This document shows positions 30,327 to 40,172 of a DNA stretch of 64,000 bases, piece after piece. A program made the translations under genes and the position numbers. Below the pieces are notes generated by a model that did no database searches, was not told the DNA's origin, and saw only the letters and a list, made by a program, of their open reading frames with translations. This DNA comes from Methanomassiliicoccales archaeon (GTDB lineage: Archaea; Thermoplasmatota; Thermoplasmata; Methanomassiliicoccales; UBA472): assembly GCA_026394395.1 (NCBI GenBank), contig JAPKYK010000004.1:44542-108541 (forward strand), in the 5' to 3' direction. Position 1 is the stretch's first letter; every line of letters begins with the position of its first letter.

Positions 30327-31010
30327 ATGTTACCTTTGCAGCCCGAGAACGACGAGAAGTTCGTTACCGCCCTCCGGCGCATCGCTCTGATGGGTGGATT
30401 GCACGATTACGTCGCCTTGTCCTCCAGAGAGCTGGGAGACATGCTGGATATGTCCCAGCAGTCCGCCTCCAAGCGCATCCTCGAGCTGCTCGACGACAAG
30501 CTCATCGAGCGGGACCTGGGGGCGCGAAGGCAAAGGATCCGGATAACCTCCAAGGGCTCGGACATGCTGCGCAAGGAGTACATCGAGTACCAGAAGATAT
30601 TCGAGCTGAAGGACGAGATGGTCATCAAGGGCAGCGTCATCGAGGGCATGGGCGAAGGGCAGTACTACGTTACGCAGCCCGGTTACATGGAACAGTTCCG
30701 CGACAAGCTAGGGTTCAAGCCCTACGAGGGCACGTTGAACGTCAAATTGCTTCCGACCGAACGGCACAAGATCGAGACGCTGCGGAACGGACGCACCATC
30801 GATATCGAGGGGTTCGAAAGGAACGGGCGCACCTTCGGAGACGTGCACTGCATACCGGCCAGCATCCAGAACGTGGAATGCGCCGTGGTTCTCCCGTCCC
30901 GCTCACACTACGAGGACATACTTGAGATCATCTGCAAGTTCCACCTGCGACGCACGCTCGGACTGGAGGACGGGGACCCGGTCGAGGTCCGCATCCACCT
31001 GAACTTCTGA
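30327..31010 (+). CDS. ribK: CTP-dependent riboflavin kinase fused to an N-terminal winged-helix domain
   Basis: C-terminal GSVIEGMGEGQYY...YEGTLNVKL...LPSRSHY (MJ0056-type). N-terminal HTH-like SSRELGDMLDMSQQSASKRILELL. Confidence 0.8.
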   Translation: MLPLQPENDEKFVTALRRIALMGGLHDYVALSSRELGDMLDMSQQSASKRILELLDDKLIERDLGARRQRIRITSKGSDMLRKEYIEYQKIFELKDEMVIKGSVIEGMGEGQYYVTQPGYMEQFRDKLGFKPYEGTLNVKLLPTERHKIETLRNGRTIDIEGFERNGRTFGDVHCIPASIQNVECAVVLPSRSHYEDILEIICKFHLRRTLGLEDGDPVEVRIHLNF

Positions 31011-31835
31011 TCACCTTACGCTCTTGACCGCGGAACGGAAGATGGACAACCCATCGCCTTCCTTTTTCCATTCGGTCCTGCTCCAATCAGGGTGGGTCTC
31101 CCTTTTCAGCACTCTCTCCGGGTGGGGCATCATGCCCAGCACGTTGCCGGCGGGGTTGCATATGCCGGCGATGTTGTAGAACGAACCGTTGGGACACCAG
31201 GGGTACCCGGCGTAGTTGCCTTCCGGGTCCACGTAACGGAAGACCACCTGGTCGTTCTCCAGCAATCGTTCCAGCATCTTCTTCTGCTTGCTCCGGGGGA
31301 ACATGAGCTTCCCTTCGGCGTGGGCGCAGGGGATCAATACCACCGATCCCTGCGGCATCTCGGAGGTGAAGACGCTCTTCCCCCTCTTCTCCTGCTTCAG
31401 CAGCGTGGGCCGGCACTCGAAGCGGCCGGAGTCGTTGGTGTATAGCGCCGCCTCAGGCACCTCGGACATCGTTCCGTCCATGGCCGGCAGCAGCCCCAGC
31501 TCCACCAGGATCTGGAAGCCGTTGCACACGCCGAGGACCGGCTTTCCGGCGTCGACGAAGGAGATGATGTCCTTCTTCAGCCCGCTCTTCATGCGAGCGG
31601 CGAAGATGGCGCCAGCACGAACGTAATCGCCGGCGGAGAACCCGCCTGGAAGCATAAGAATGTCGTAACTGCTCAGGTCCCGTTTCAGGTCCGAAGGGCA
31701 TTGCCCCAACAGCTGCTTCAGATGGACCTTCTCCGGGGTGGCGCCCACGGTCTTGAAAGCCTGGAAGGCCTCGTCCTCGCAGTTCGTGCCCTCTATCCTC
31801 AACACGCAGACCTTGACGTCCTTCATCTTGCTCAC
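31011..31835 (-). CDS. purQ: phosphoribosylformylglycinamidine synthase subunit PurQ (glutaminase)
   Basis: Class I GATase with LPGGFSAGDY, GVCNGFQ and MMPHPER. Confidence 0.9.
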   Translation of the reverse strand: MSKMKDVKVCVLRIEGTNCEDEAFQAFKTVGATPEKVHLKQLLGQCPSDLKRDLSSYDILMLPGGFSAGDYVRAGAIFAARMKSGLKKDIISFVDAGKPVLGVCNGFQILVELGLLPAMDGTMSEVPEAALYTNDSGRFECRPTLLKQEKRGKSVFTSEMPQGSVVLIPCAHAEGKLMFPRSKQKKMLERLLENDQVVFRYVDPEGNYAGYPWCPNGSFYNIAGICNPAGNVLGMMPHPERVLKRETHPDWSRTEWKKEGDGLSIFRSAVKSVR

Positions 31836-34150
31836 CCCATCAGCTTCGGGAGCGCGCCGCTCCAGGCCTTCCGCATCTCGCTCAGGGAGACGCTCGCGTT
31901 CTCATCCTCGACCTTGATCTTCAGCGAGGTTCCGCCGACCTTGCCCAATCTCGTCACCGGCACGGTCATGCTGGACAGGAACTGCTTCTCCTTGGAGGGT
32001 TCGATCTCCACCACCCAGCGGGTATTGCTCTCGGAGAACAGGTCCATCTTGGAACCGCAGGTCAAGGAAGCGCCTACATCCCCGCCCAGGCACATCTCGG
32101 CGACCGTTATGGCCAGGCCGCCGTCGGAAATGTCATGGCAGGAGGCGATCAGCCCCTTCTTCATGCACCCGTGCAGCTCGTCCATCGACCTCTTCAAACG
32201 CTCTGGGGAGACGTCCGGCACCTCGCCGCCCTGCCCACCGTACTTGCGGTAGAGGGCGGACCCGCCGAACTCCCGTTTGCTTTTTCCGACCTGGTAGAGC
32301 AGGTTGCCCATCTTCTTCAGGTCGGTGGTGACGCACTTGTGCACGTCCTCCACGATGCCCAGGCCAAGAACCGTCGGCGTGGGAAGTACCGAGCCACGGG
32401 CCGTCTCGTTGTACAGCGAGACGTTGCCGGACGGCACTGGCAGGTCGAGATATTTCGCCAGCATGCCCATGCCGGCCACGGCCTGCTTGAACTCACCCAG
32501 ACGCTCCGGTTTTTCCGGATTTCCGAAGTTAAGGCAATCGGTGAAAGAATCGGGATAACCGCCCACGGCGATGATGTTACGGCACGCCTCATCTATGGAG
32601 GCCATGCCGCCGCGGTAGGCGTCCAGGCCGCAGAACCAGGGGTTGACGCCCAATGCCAAAGCCAATCCCCGCTCCCTATCAGGCAAAGGCTTGATGACCG
32701 TGGCGTCGGAAGGTCCGGTCTTGTTAACGACCCCGGACGCCGGTTTGATGACCGTCCCCCCGCGCACCTCGTGGTCGTACATGCGGAACACCCATTCCTT
32801 GCTGGCAATGTTCGGATCGGCCAGCAGTTCCAATATGATCTTCTTCAGGGAAGGCAGCTTGGGCCTGACGTGCTTAGTGGTCGACGATCTGGTCTCAATC
32901 TTGCACGGTCTGCAGTATTCAGGTCCTTTCGTCAGGAAATCCAGGTCCACCTTGAAGACCTGGGTGCCTTGCCAGAACAACGTCACCTCGTTCCCGGGGA
33001 CGACCTTGCCGACCACCGTCGCGTCCACGTCCCACATGGCGAACAGATCCAGTATCCTCTTGACGTTCTTTTCCGACGCCGCCAACATCATCCTTTCCTG
33101 AGACTCGGAGACCCAGACCTCCCAGGGAGCCAGCCCGCTCTCTTTTAGTGGAACTATATCCAGCTGGACCTCCGCGCCGCAGCCGCCGGAGAGGGCCATC
33201 TCGCCGACGACGCAGGAGAGCCCGCCGCCTCCCAGGTCCTTCATGCCGTTGATGAGGCCCAGGGAGTTAACCTCCAGGCAGGCATGGATGAGCGGTTCTT
33301 TCGTTATCGGGTCACCCAGCTGCACCGCCCCGCGGCTCTCGTCCTCGGACCTGGAGCTGAGCTCGGCCGAAGCGAACGTCACTCCGTGGATGCCGTCGCG
33401 GCCGGTGCGGCCGCCACATAAAATGAGATAATCGCCAACGCCGCCCACGGCGTTGTTGCGCAGATCCTTCTTCTTGACGATGCCGACGCAGCCGACGTTG
33501 ACCAGGCAGTTGCCCAGGTATGATTCGTCGAAGTACAGGCCGCCGCACACGGTCGGGATGCCGATGCGATTCCCGTAGTCCCGGATGCCGGCGACGACGC
33601 CGCTCACCAGGTACTTCGGAGTCTTCGATCCAGCGGGCAGCTCGCCCTTATAATCTATCGGCCCGAAGAACAGGGGGTCGATCAGCGCTATAGGCTGGGC
33701 GCCCATGCACAGTACGTCGCGCACGATGCCGCCGATGCCGGTGGCGGCGCCGCCGTACGGTTCTATTGCAGAGGGATGATTGTGGCTCTCGATCCTCAAG
33801 GCGTAGCCGTACTCGTCGTCGAACTCCATTACGCCAGCGTCTCCTTTGGAGAGCACCCGGGGATTGTTGATGCCGAAGATATGCTCGCGCAGGATGACCT
33901 TGGAAGACTTATAGCAGCAGTGCTCGCTCCACGCTTGAGCGATGGATTCCAGCTCCACGTCCGTCGGACGGCGCTTAAGGGAAACGAAATGGTCGCGGAT
34001 GCGCTTCATCTCGTCCAGTGAAAGGGAAAGGCCCATCTCTTTGCTCAGGACCTTGAGCTCATAGTCCGTGGCCTTCGCCAGGTCTATTTCCACCAGGCGA
34101 AAGGGCACGTCGCGCTTGAAGAACAGGTGGTCAAGGGGCATGACCTTCAC
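31832..34150 (-). CDS. purL: phosphoribosylformylglycinamidine synthase subunit PurL
   Basis: ESHNHPSAIEPYGGAATG and AIR-synthase-like duplicated domains. 772 aa. Confidence 0.95.
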   Translation of the reverse strand: MKVMPLDHLFFKRDVPFRLVEIDLAKATDYELKVLSKEMGLSLSLDEMKRIRDHFVSLKRRPTDVELESIAQAWSEHCCYKSSKVILREHIFGINNPRVLSKGDAGVMEFDDEYGYALRIESHNHPSAIEPYGGAATGIGGIVRDVLCMGAQPIALIDPLFFGPIDYKGELPAGSKTPKYLVSGVVAGIRDYGNRIGIPTVCGGLYFDESYLGNCLVNVGCVGIVKKKDLRNNAVGGVGDYLILCGGRTGRDGIHGVTFASAELSSRSEDESRGAVQLGDPITKEPLIHACLEVNSLGLINGMKDLGGGGLSCVVGEMALSGGCGAEVQLDIVPLKESGLAPWEVWVSESQERMMLAASEKNVKRILDLFAMWDVDATVVGKVVPGNEVTLFWQGTQVFKVDLDFLTKGPEYCRPCKIETRSSTTKHVRPKLPSLKKIILELLADPNIASKEWVFRMYDHEVRGGTVIKPASGVVNKTGPSDATVIKPLPDRERGLALALGVNPWFCGLDAYRGGMASIDEACRNIIAVGGYPDSFTDCLNFGNPEKPERLGEFKQAVAGMGMLAKYLDLPVPSGNVSLYNETARGSVLPTPTVLGLGIVEDVHKCVTTDLKKMGNLLYQVGKSKREFGGSALYRKYGGQGGEVPDVSPERLKRSMDELHGCMKKGLIASCHDISDGGLAITVAEMCLGGDVGASLTCGSKMDLFSESNTRWVVEIEPSKEKQFLSSMTVPVTRLGKVGGTSLKIKVEDENASVSLSEMRKAWSGALPKLMG

Positions 34151-34386
34151 CTGAGGTCAACCCTGAACTTCTGGATCACCGGGTTGGCCAGCAGCTTGCG
34201 GCACATTTCCTCGCACTCCTTGCGGGCGACGACCGGGTCGGCGTCCATCTCGATTTCGAACATCTTGATGGAGCGCACGCCCTTGATGTCATTGAATCCA
34301 AGCAGTTCCAGGGCCTTCTTGGTGTTCTTGCCCTCGGGGTCAGCGACCCCCGGTTTCAGCTCGATCCTTATCTCTGCCACAACCAT
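34147..34386 (-). CDS. purS: phosphoribosylformylglycinamidine synthase subunit PurS
   Basis: 79 aa with LKPGV.DPEG pattern. Overlaps the purL start. Confidence 0.85.
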   Translation of the reverse strand: MVVAEIRIELKPGVADPEGKNTKKALELLGFNDIKGVRSIKMFEIEMDADPVVARKECEEMCRKLLANPVIQKFRVDLR

Positions 34387-34437
34387 GGATGCACCGGGTG
34401 AGGAATGCCCCTCCCGTAATTAATCTTCTGCCCCGCC

Positions 34438-35085
34438 CTAGATGTTCCAATATTGGGAGACGGACTCGAAGGTGCCGGAGAGGATGAACTCCACGGCCAT
34501 GGCCGCGAGGAGCAGGCCCATGATCCTAGTGAAGGCCATCGCGCCGCTCTTCCCCATTCTGGTGAACAGGGGTTCAGCATACTTCAGCAATAAGTATGAT
34601 ATGATAACGGTGGCGAAGATGCCGATGAATATGGACAGGAAGTCGAAGGTGGCGTCCGAAGAATCGAGGGCGTAGCTCACGTAGATCATGACGGTGGTGA
34701 TGGCGCCGGGGCCGGCGAAGAGCGGTATGCCCAGCGGGACGACGCCAACCTGCTCTTTCTCAGACGCCTCCTGGGCCTCCTCATCGGTCATCTTGGCCTT
34801 GGTCATCTGACCCCGGGTCATGGTGAAGGCGATGGAGAACAGCAATATGCCACCGGCTATCTTGAAGGCCGGGATGGTTATGCCGTACAGGTCGAAGATG
34901 TAGTTGCCAAAAAGGGCGAATATCACCAGCACCCCGCTGGCGACCAGGCAGACCTTGATGCGGACCTTCTTCTTCAGCTCTTCGCTGTAACCTTCGGTGA
35001 TGGCCACGAACACCGGGATGTTGCCCACCGGGTTCATGATGGCGAATATGGAGGCGAAGGCGGTTACGGCGAAGGCCACATCCAT
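34438..35085 (-). CDS. MarC family (UPF0056) integral membrane protein
   Basis: FAIMNP.GN.PVF N-terminal signature and 6 TM helices. Confidence 0.8.
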   Translation of the reverse strand: MDVAFAVTAFASIFAIMNPVGNIPVFVAITEGYSEELKKKVRIKVCLVASGVLVIFALFGNYIFDLYGITIPAFKIAGGILLFSIAFTMTRGQMTKAKMTDEEAQEASEKEQVGVVPLGIPLFAGPGAITTVMIYVSYALDSSDATFDFLSIFIGIFATVIISYLLLKYAEPLFTRMGKSGAMAFTRIMGLLLAAMAVEFILSGTFESVSQYWNI

Positions 35086-35130
35086 GATGTGGCGAGAGGA
35101 ATAGGGCTATATAAGAATTAAGCGAACGGA

Positions 35131-35889
35131 TCAGGAGACCTTCCGGGCGAAAACGAGATATCCAGTGTGTCCCAAGGTATCGTACGACGGCCGCACGCCC
35201 ATCTCGTGCACCACCATCTCCCGCTGCAGGTTCTCGTAGCTGCGTATCTCCACGAAGCCCTTCTTGCGCAGCTGGCGCACTACCTCCTCCAGTTGGTTGG
35301 TGTTTGGCACGTAGGCACAGAAGCGCCCTCCGTTCCGGAGCATAGAGGAGACGTTGTCCACGGCGTCCCAGGGGTCCGGAATGTCCAGGACGGCGGCGTC
35401 GACGACCACGTCCAGGCGGTCCTTGCGCACGTCGCCCATCTCCAGGCGCCAGGCGTCCGCAAGACCGGCTTTGTCCACGTTGCGCTTGCCCTTCTCGGCG
35501 AACTCCGGGCGGATCTCCATGGAGATGACCTTCCCCCACGGCCGCACCTGGTTCAGCAACGCTATGGTAAGCGCGGCCGAGCCCACCCCGGCCTCCAGGA
35601 CCTTGTCCCCGGACTTGACGTTCAATTCCATCAGGATCGTCGCCGCGTCCTTGGGGGTGATGACCTGCGCACCGCGTTCAACGGACGACATCATCTCGGA
35701 CGCTCCAGGCACCAGCAGCCAGAATTTCTTCCCCGCCACGGTCACCTCGGTGCCGTCCTCCGCCGTCAGCAAGCGGTCCCCGTCCACCACGCCCATGCCG
35801 GGCAGCTTGAGCATTCCCTTGTTCAGGACCACCCAGGTCCGCTTGCCCTTCTCGTCCAAAAGATACACAAGGGAGTTCTCCGGCAGCAT
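35131..35889 (-). CDS. trmI: tRNA (adenine-N1)-methyltransferase TrmI
   Basis: VLEAGVGSAALT SAM motif, LDIPDPW, and GHTGYLVFARK C-terminus. Confidence 0.85.
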   Translation of the reverse strand: MLPENSLVYLLDEKGKRTWVVLNKGMLKLPGMGVVDGDRLLTAEDGTEVTVAGKKFWLLVPGASEMMSSVERGAQVITPKDAATILMELNVKSGDKVLEAGVGSAALTIALLNQVRPWGKVISMEIRPEFAEKGKRNVDKAGLADAWRLEMGDVRKDRLDVVVDAAVLDIPDPWDAVDNVSSMLRNGGRFCAYVPNTNQLEEVVRQLRKKGFVEIRSYENLQREMVVHEMGVRPSYDTLGHTGYLVFARKVS

Positions 35890-35928
35890 GAGTAGGTCAT
35901 CCTGCCGGGGCGATTAAAGGGTTGCGCC

Positions 35929-36339
35929 TCAGTCCTTAAGCTTGGCGCCGCAGTCATTGCAGTTCTTGTCGGAACTGGAGATGGCCGCACCGCATTCGGG
36001 GCAGCGGGGTATGCCCTCGATCTGCTGCACTTCCTTCTTCTTAAATTCAGACTTCGATTCCTCCGCCGGCTTCTCGGCCTTGGACGCTTCCTCCGCCCCC
36101 TTCATCTTGTACTCCGGTGGTTGGTAGCTCTTAGGGTCCACCGCCTTGTCCCGCCCCTTCTCCTTCCAGGAGCGGAAGGCCAGGAACAGCAGCAGCCCCA
36201 GTATCGACAGTAGGAGGCCGACGATCAGCCACGTTCGCACCACCTTACCCTCCATGTCCATGCGCCGGTAGAGGTACAGGGCCACGATCGCCCCTATGCC
36301 CAGCCACAGCACTATCGGTATCCAACCATCCAATGACAT
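35929..36339 (-). CDS. membrane protein with two N-terminal TM helices and a C-terminal zinc ribbon
   Basis: Hydrophobic N-terminus, K/E-rich linker, then CPECG...CNDCG. Confidence 0.5.
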   Translation of the reverse strand: MSLDGWIPIVLWLGIGAIVALYLYRRMDMEGKVVRTWLIVGLLLSILGLLLFLAFRSWKEKGRDKAVDPKSYQPPEYKMKGAEEASKAEKPAEESKSEFKKKEVQQIEGIPRCPECGAAISSSDKNCNDCGAKLKD

Positions 36340-36521
36340 CCCATCCTGTTCTTCATCATGGGTATGCGCCTATATCAAATTGATTTTTCGGCAGATGACG
36401 GTACGCCGTCCCTGATGGAGGTCCTCTCCGCAAACGCCCATGCCAGTATTCCGCAGGATAGGGATGTATCAGGCAGTTCTGGGGAAATAGATTTTAATAG
36501 GCCGACCACGTTTGACGCCCG

Positions 36522-36728
36522 ATGGCCGAGTCCGCCTACCCTAAGAGGACGCTGAAGGTATTCTCCTTGCTGCTCATAGTGACAGCGATAATATTCTACT
36601 GGGTATGGGGCATCTCCTACGGCAGCTGGAACCTGTTCGCCGCGGAGAACATGGGGGTCTACTCCATCTTCATCATACTGCTGGGCTTCGGCATATTCGG
36701 GTACCTCCTGACCAGGTACCGGAATTGA
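36522..36728 (+). CDS. small two-TM membrane protein
   Basis: 68 aa with two hydrophobic helices. TATA-like AATAGATTTTAATAGG upstream. Confidence 0.4.
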   Translation: MAESAYPKRTLKVFSLLLIVTAIIFYWVWGISYGSWNLFAAENMGVYSIFIILLGFGIFGYLLTRYRN

Positions 36729-36794
36729 ATCACCATTTCTTTTTCTCGTAAATCTTATGCATAGTGAGTGCAATACGCTCATGGAGTGAACAGC

Positions 36795-37700
36795 ATGAAA
36801 AAAATTGGCAGCTGGTTCGTGCCTTATCTCATGGGCCTGCTCATTGCCGTCGAGGGAGCCGTAATTATCGACATGGCCGGCCGGGTCGAGCTGGTGGACG
36901 TGCTTACCCTGGACAAGATGGCCGCCATGCTCGTCGGCGTCGTCCTGCTGCTCCTGGGACTTCTGATGTTCGTTCCCATAATCCCGTCGTTCAAGAAGAA
37001 GATGGGCGAGGGAACGGTCAAGCGGCTGCAGATCGCCGCCGCCGTGATCATACTTCTGGCATCTCTGATGCTAATATTGATCGCCGTCCCGGCGAACGTG
37101 GAGGGCATCGGTTACCTAGGCAAGCACTGGGTGGTGCTGGCCGGGGCCCAGCTCTTCCTGCTCGGCCTATTGGCCTTCGTGTTCTCCTACTACGTGCCGC
37201 TGGAGGACCCCCACATGGGCTGGATGGAATGGCTGGGCATGTTCGCCTCCTGCCTGGTGATCATCGAAGGCATCGTCATCTTCGGCCTCAGGGCCACACT
37301 TAACATTCACGCGAAGCTCAGGACCGGTCCGGAGTTCATGACCATCGCGGGTGTGATATTGGTCGCTCTCGGATTGATCGAGATGGTCATATTCAACCGA
37401 CGCCAGGAAGGGCGTTCGGAGAGGGCGCTCAACATGCTGAACTGGGCTGGGATCGTGTTGAGCGTGGTCATCGGAGCGCTGGGCATAATCACTATAGCCC
37501 TATCCACCTCCATGACCCTGGGCGGGGTGACCTTCGGCATCCAGTGGCTGCTGTTGGCCGGCGTCCAGTTGGCGATATTGGGCGCGTTGCTCGATTACAC
37601 GCAGACCCTGGTCGGAGGGAACGAGGGGCGGGCCCCGGACGTCGGGCTGATGACCACCATACTGATGCTGATAGCGATACCGATAGCCGCGGTCCTGTGA
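36795..37700 (+). CDS. polytopic membrane protein of unknown function
   Basis: About 9 hydrophobic segments. ATG at 36795 (MKKIGSWFV). Confidence 0.55.
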   Translation: MKKIGSWFVPYLMGLLIAVEGAVIIDMAGRVELVDVLTLDKMAAMLVGVVLLLLGLLMFVPIIPSFKKKMGEGTVKRLQIAAAVIILLASLMLILIAVPANVEGIGYLGKHWVVLAGAQLFLLGLLAFVFSYYVPLEDPHMGWMEWLGMFASCLVIIEGIVIFGLRATLNIHAKLRTGPEFMTIAGVILVALGLIEMVIFNRRQEGRSERALNMLNWAGIVLSVVIGALGIITIALSTSMTLGGVTFGIQWLLLAGVQLAILGALLDYTQTLVGGNEGRAPDVGLMTTILMLIAIPIAAVL

Positions 37701-39107
37701 TCACATGGAGCGGGCGGCGTAGGTCGGTTTCTCCACGCTCTTGCCGCAGACGATGCACTTGCCGTGGAACTCTTCCTTGAGGTTCGGGGAACCGAGCATC
37801 TTCAGCCCGGTCTTCTCCTCGAACCTGCGCCCGCACTCCTCCTCGCCGCACCAGCCGAAGCGAACGACCTTCTCCGGGATCTTGTCCAGCGAGTCCAGTT
37901 CCTGTATCGCCCCGTTCGAAGCAGCTAAAGCTTTCGCGCGCATGTCGTGCGAGATGGTCTGCAGGGTCTGGCGGACTTGGGCCACGATGTCGGCGCGGTC
38001 CAGCAATCCCTTGCCGCCAGTATCCCGGCGGGCGTAGGCGACCTTTCCCCCTTCGATATCGCGCATGCCCATCTCCAGGCGAAGCGGAACGCCGCGTATC
38101 TCCCAAGTGTGGAACTTGCTTCCCGGTCGCTCGTCGCTGTCGTCCAGCTTGACCCGGAGACCGGCGGCGGTCAGTTCCTGTCTCAGTTTCTGGCACTCCT
38201 CGGTCACCTTCTCCACGTTGCCCTTCGCCAGGATCGGTATAAGCACGATCTGGAACGGCGAGATGTCCGGCGGGAGCACCAGGCCCTTATCGTCCCCATG
38301 CACGGCGACGACGGCGCCTACGAGCCTCTCGGACATGCCGAATGTCGTCTGATGCACGAACTTATGCTCGCCCTTCTCGTCCTCGTATGTGATGTTGAAC
38401 GGCCGAGAGAAGTTCTCCCGGTAATGGTGAATGCTGCCCAGCTGCAGGCTGCGCCCGTCCGGGAGGAGCGTATCAACCCCCACGGTGTAGTAGGCGCCGG
38501 GGAACTTGTCCCACTCCGTGCGCCGGAGCAGGAAGTAAGGCAGGCACAGGTGCTTCATGACGTTCTCCAGGATGACGAAGTCCTCCTCTACCTGCTTCTG
38601 GGCGTCCGCCTCGTCCACGTGGCAAGTGTGTGATTCAAAGAAGTGGATCTCGCGGACGCGGATGAAGGCTCTGGTCTGCTTGGTCTCGTAGCGGAAGGTG
38701 TTGACCAGCTGGTAGGTCTTCAATGGCAGGTCGGTGTGAGAACGAACCCACAAAGCGAAGATCGGGTACATGGCCGTCTCGCTGGTCGGCCTGAGCAACA
38801 GGCGGACGTCCAATTCGTTCAGTCCGGCGTGGGTAACCCAGTACACCTCGGCGTCGAAGCCCTTGATGTGATCTTTTTCCTTCTTGAACTCCGTCTCCGG
38901 GATGAGCAGCGGGAAGCACACCTCGTCGTGGCCAGTAGCGTCGCACTCCTCGCGGATGTAAGTGTCGATAAAACGCATTATCTTCCAGCCGTAGGGCGTC
39001 CAGACGTTCATGCCCTTGATGGGGTAGCGCTTGTCGGTGAGGTTGGCCAGTTCAACTATCTCGTTGTACCACTCGCTGAAATCCTCTTCTTTCCTCATGT
39101 GCAGCAC
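37701..39107 (-). CDS. proS: prolyl-tRNA synthetase (archaeal/eukaryotic type)
   Basis: Class II motifs (FRYE.KQTRAFIRVREI, GAYYT), C-terminal zinc-binding domain, ends in Y...RSM. Confidence 0.95.
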   Translation of the reverse strand: MLHMRKEEDFSEWYNEIVELANLTDKRYPIKGMNVWTPYGWKIMRFIDTYIREECDATGHDEVCFPLLIPETEFKKEKDHIKGFDAEVYWVTHAGLNELDVRLLLRPTSETAMYPIFALWVRSHTDLPLKTYQLVNTFRYETKQTRAFIRVREIHFFESHTCHVDEADAQKQVEEDFVILENVMKHLCLPYFLLRRTEWDKFPGAYYTVGVDTLLPDGRSLQLGSIHHYRENFSRPFNITYEDEKGEHKFVHQTTFGMSERLVGAVVAVHGDDKGLVLPPDISPFQIVLIPILAKGNVEKVTEECQKLRQELTAAGLRVKLDDSDERPGSKFHTWEIRGVPLRLEMGMRDIEGGKVAYARRDTGGKGLLDRADIVAQVRQTLQTISHDMRAKALAASNGAIQELDSLDKIPEKVVRFGWCGEEECGRRFEEKTGLKMLGSPNLKEEFHGKCIVCGKSVEKPTYAARSM

Positions 39108-39170
39108 CCTACGTACGGATGGATTCGGAATGGGCAGTACTGTTTTAATGTTTTGCCGAGGAAGGAAGAC

Positions 39171-40025
39171 CTACTCCGCGATGGCCTTGGCCACTTCCGA
39201 GGCGACCGAGATCTGCGAGACCTCGCTCTCCAGGGTGTTGGCGCAGGCCAGCTTGTCCACGTACTTTTTCAGGTTGTCCAGCGCGTTGCCGACGAAGAGA
39301 CCGTGAGTGCAGGCGGCCATGACCGTGCGGGCACCCAGGCGCTTAAGCTCCTCCGTCGCGGCGATGATCGTGCCGCCGGTGGAGATGATGTCGTCCACGA
39401 TGAGAACCTTGCGTCCCTTGGCGTCGATGTTCTTCGGTGTCATATGCACATGCGTCCCCGACAGCCTGGTCTTCACCAAGTAGTCCCAATCGACGCCCAA
39501 GCGAGCCGCGGTCCATCCTGCCCTCTTCAGAGCGCCCTCGTCCGGAGCGATCACTAGGTCCACGCCGAACTCCTTGAAGAAATCGGCCACGCAATTGGCG
39601 GCGTGCACGTCCACGACGTCCGCCTTGGTGAACCACTCCATGATCTCCGGGTTATGGATGTCGATTAAAACAACTTTGTCCGCGCCCAGTTGAATATGGT
39701 CGACCATGACTTTCGCCGAGAGCGGCTCGCCGCGGTTGAAGCGCTCGTCCTGACGAGCGTAACCAAAGTAGGGAACGACGCAGGTGACCTTCTCCGCCCC
39801 TAAGGCGCGGGCGGCGTCCTGTAAAAGGAAAAGCTCGATCAGCTTCTCGTTGGGGTAGGAGTTCTGCACGATGACCACCTCGCCGTGCAGGGCCTCGCGG
39901 TCTATGCGCGCGTACGTTTCGCCGTCCGGGAAGGTCTTGGTGATGCCCTGGATATACTCGCCGTTGAGCTCTTTGGCCAGGTCCTTGGCCAAATTGGTGG
40001 AGGCGGAGCCGCCTATGACTTTCAT
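39171..40025 (-). CDS. prs: ribose-phosphate pyrophosphokinase
   Basis: YFGYARQD and VLIVDDIISTGGT PRPP motifs. ATG at 40025 (MKVIGGSAS) preferred. Confidence 0.9.
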   Translation of the reverse strand: MKVIGGSASTNLAKDLAKELNGEYIQGITKTFPDGETYARIDREALHGEVVIVQNSYPNEKLIELFLLQDAARALGAEKVTCVVPYFGYARQDERFNRGEPLSAKVMVDHIQLGADKVVLIDIHNPEIMEWFTKADVVDVHAANCVADFFKEFGVDLVIAPDEGALKRAGWTAARLGVDWDYLVKTRLSGTHVHMTPKNIDAKGRKVLIVDDIISTGGTIIAATEELKRLGARTVMAACTHGLFVGNALDNLKKYVDKLACANTLESEVSQISVASEVAKAIAE

Positions 40026-40172
40026 CGCCCGGAGATTAGGTTCCCGATAAATAAGGGATTCCTCGGGCCTGGGTGCCGTTCGGGCCATCGCTCGGCAACA
40101 ATATTAACGGACCAGCTGCGGTCCTCCCCAAGCTATTTATCGTGTTTGCCATATATCTCAAACGGATGGGAA

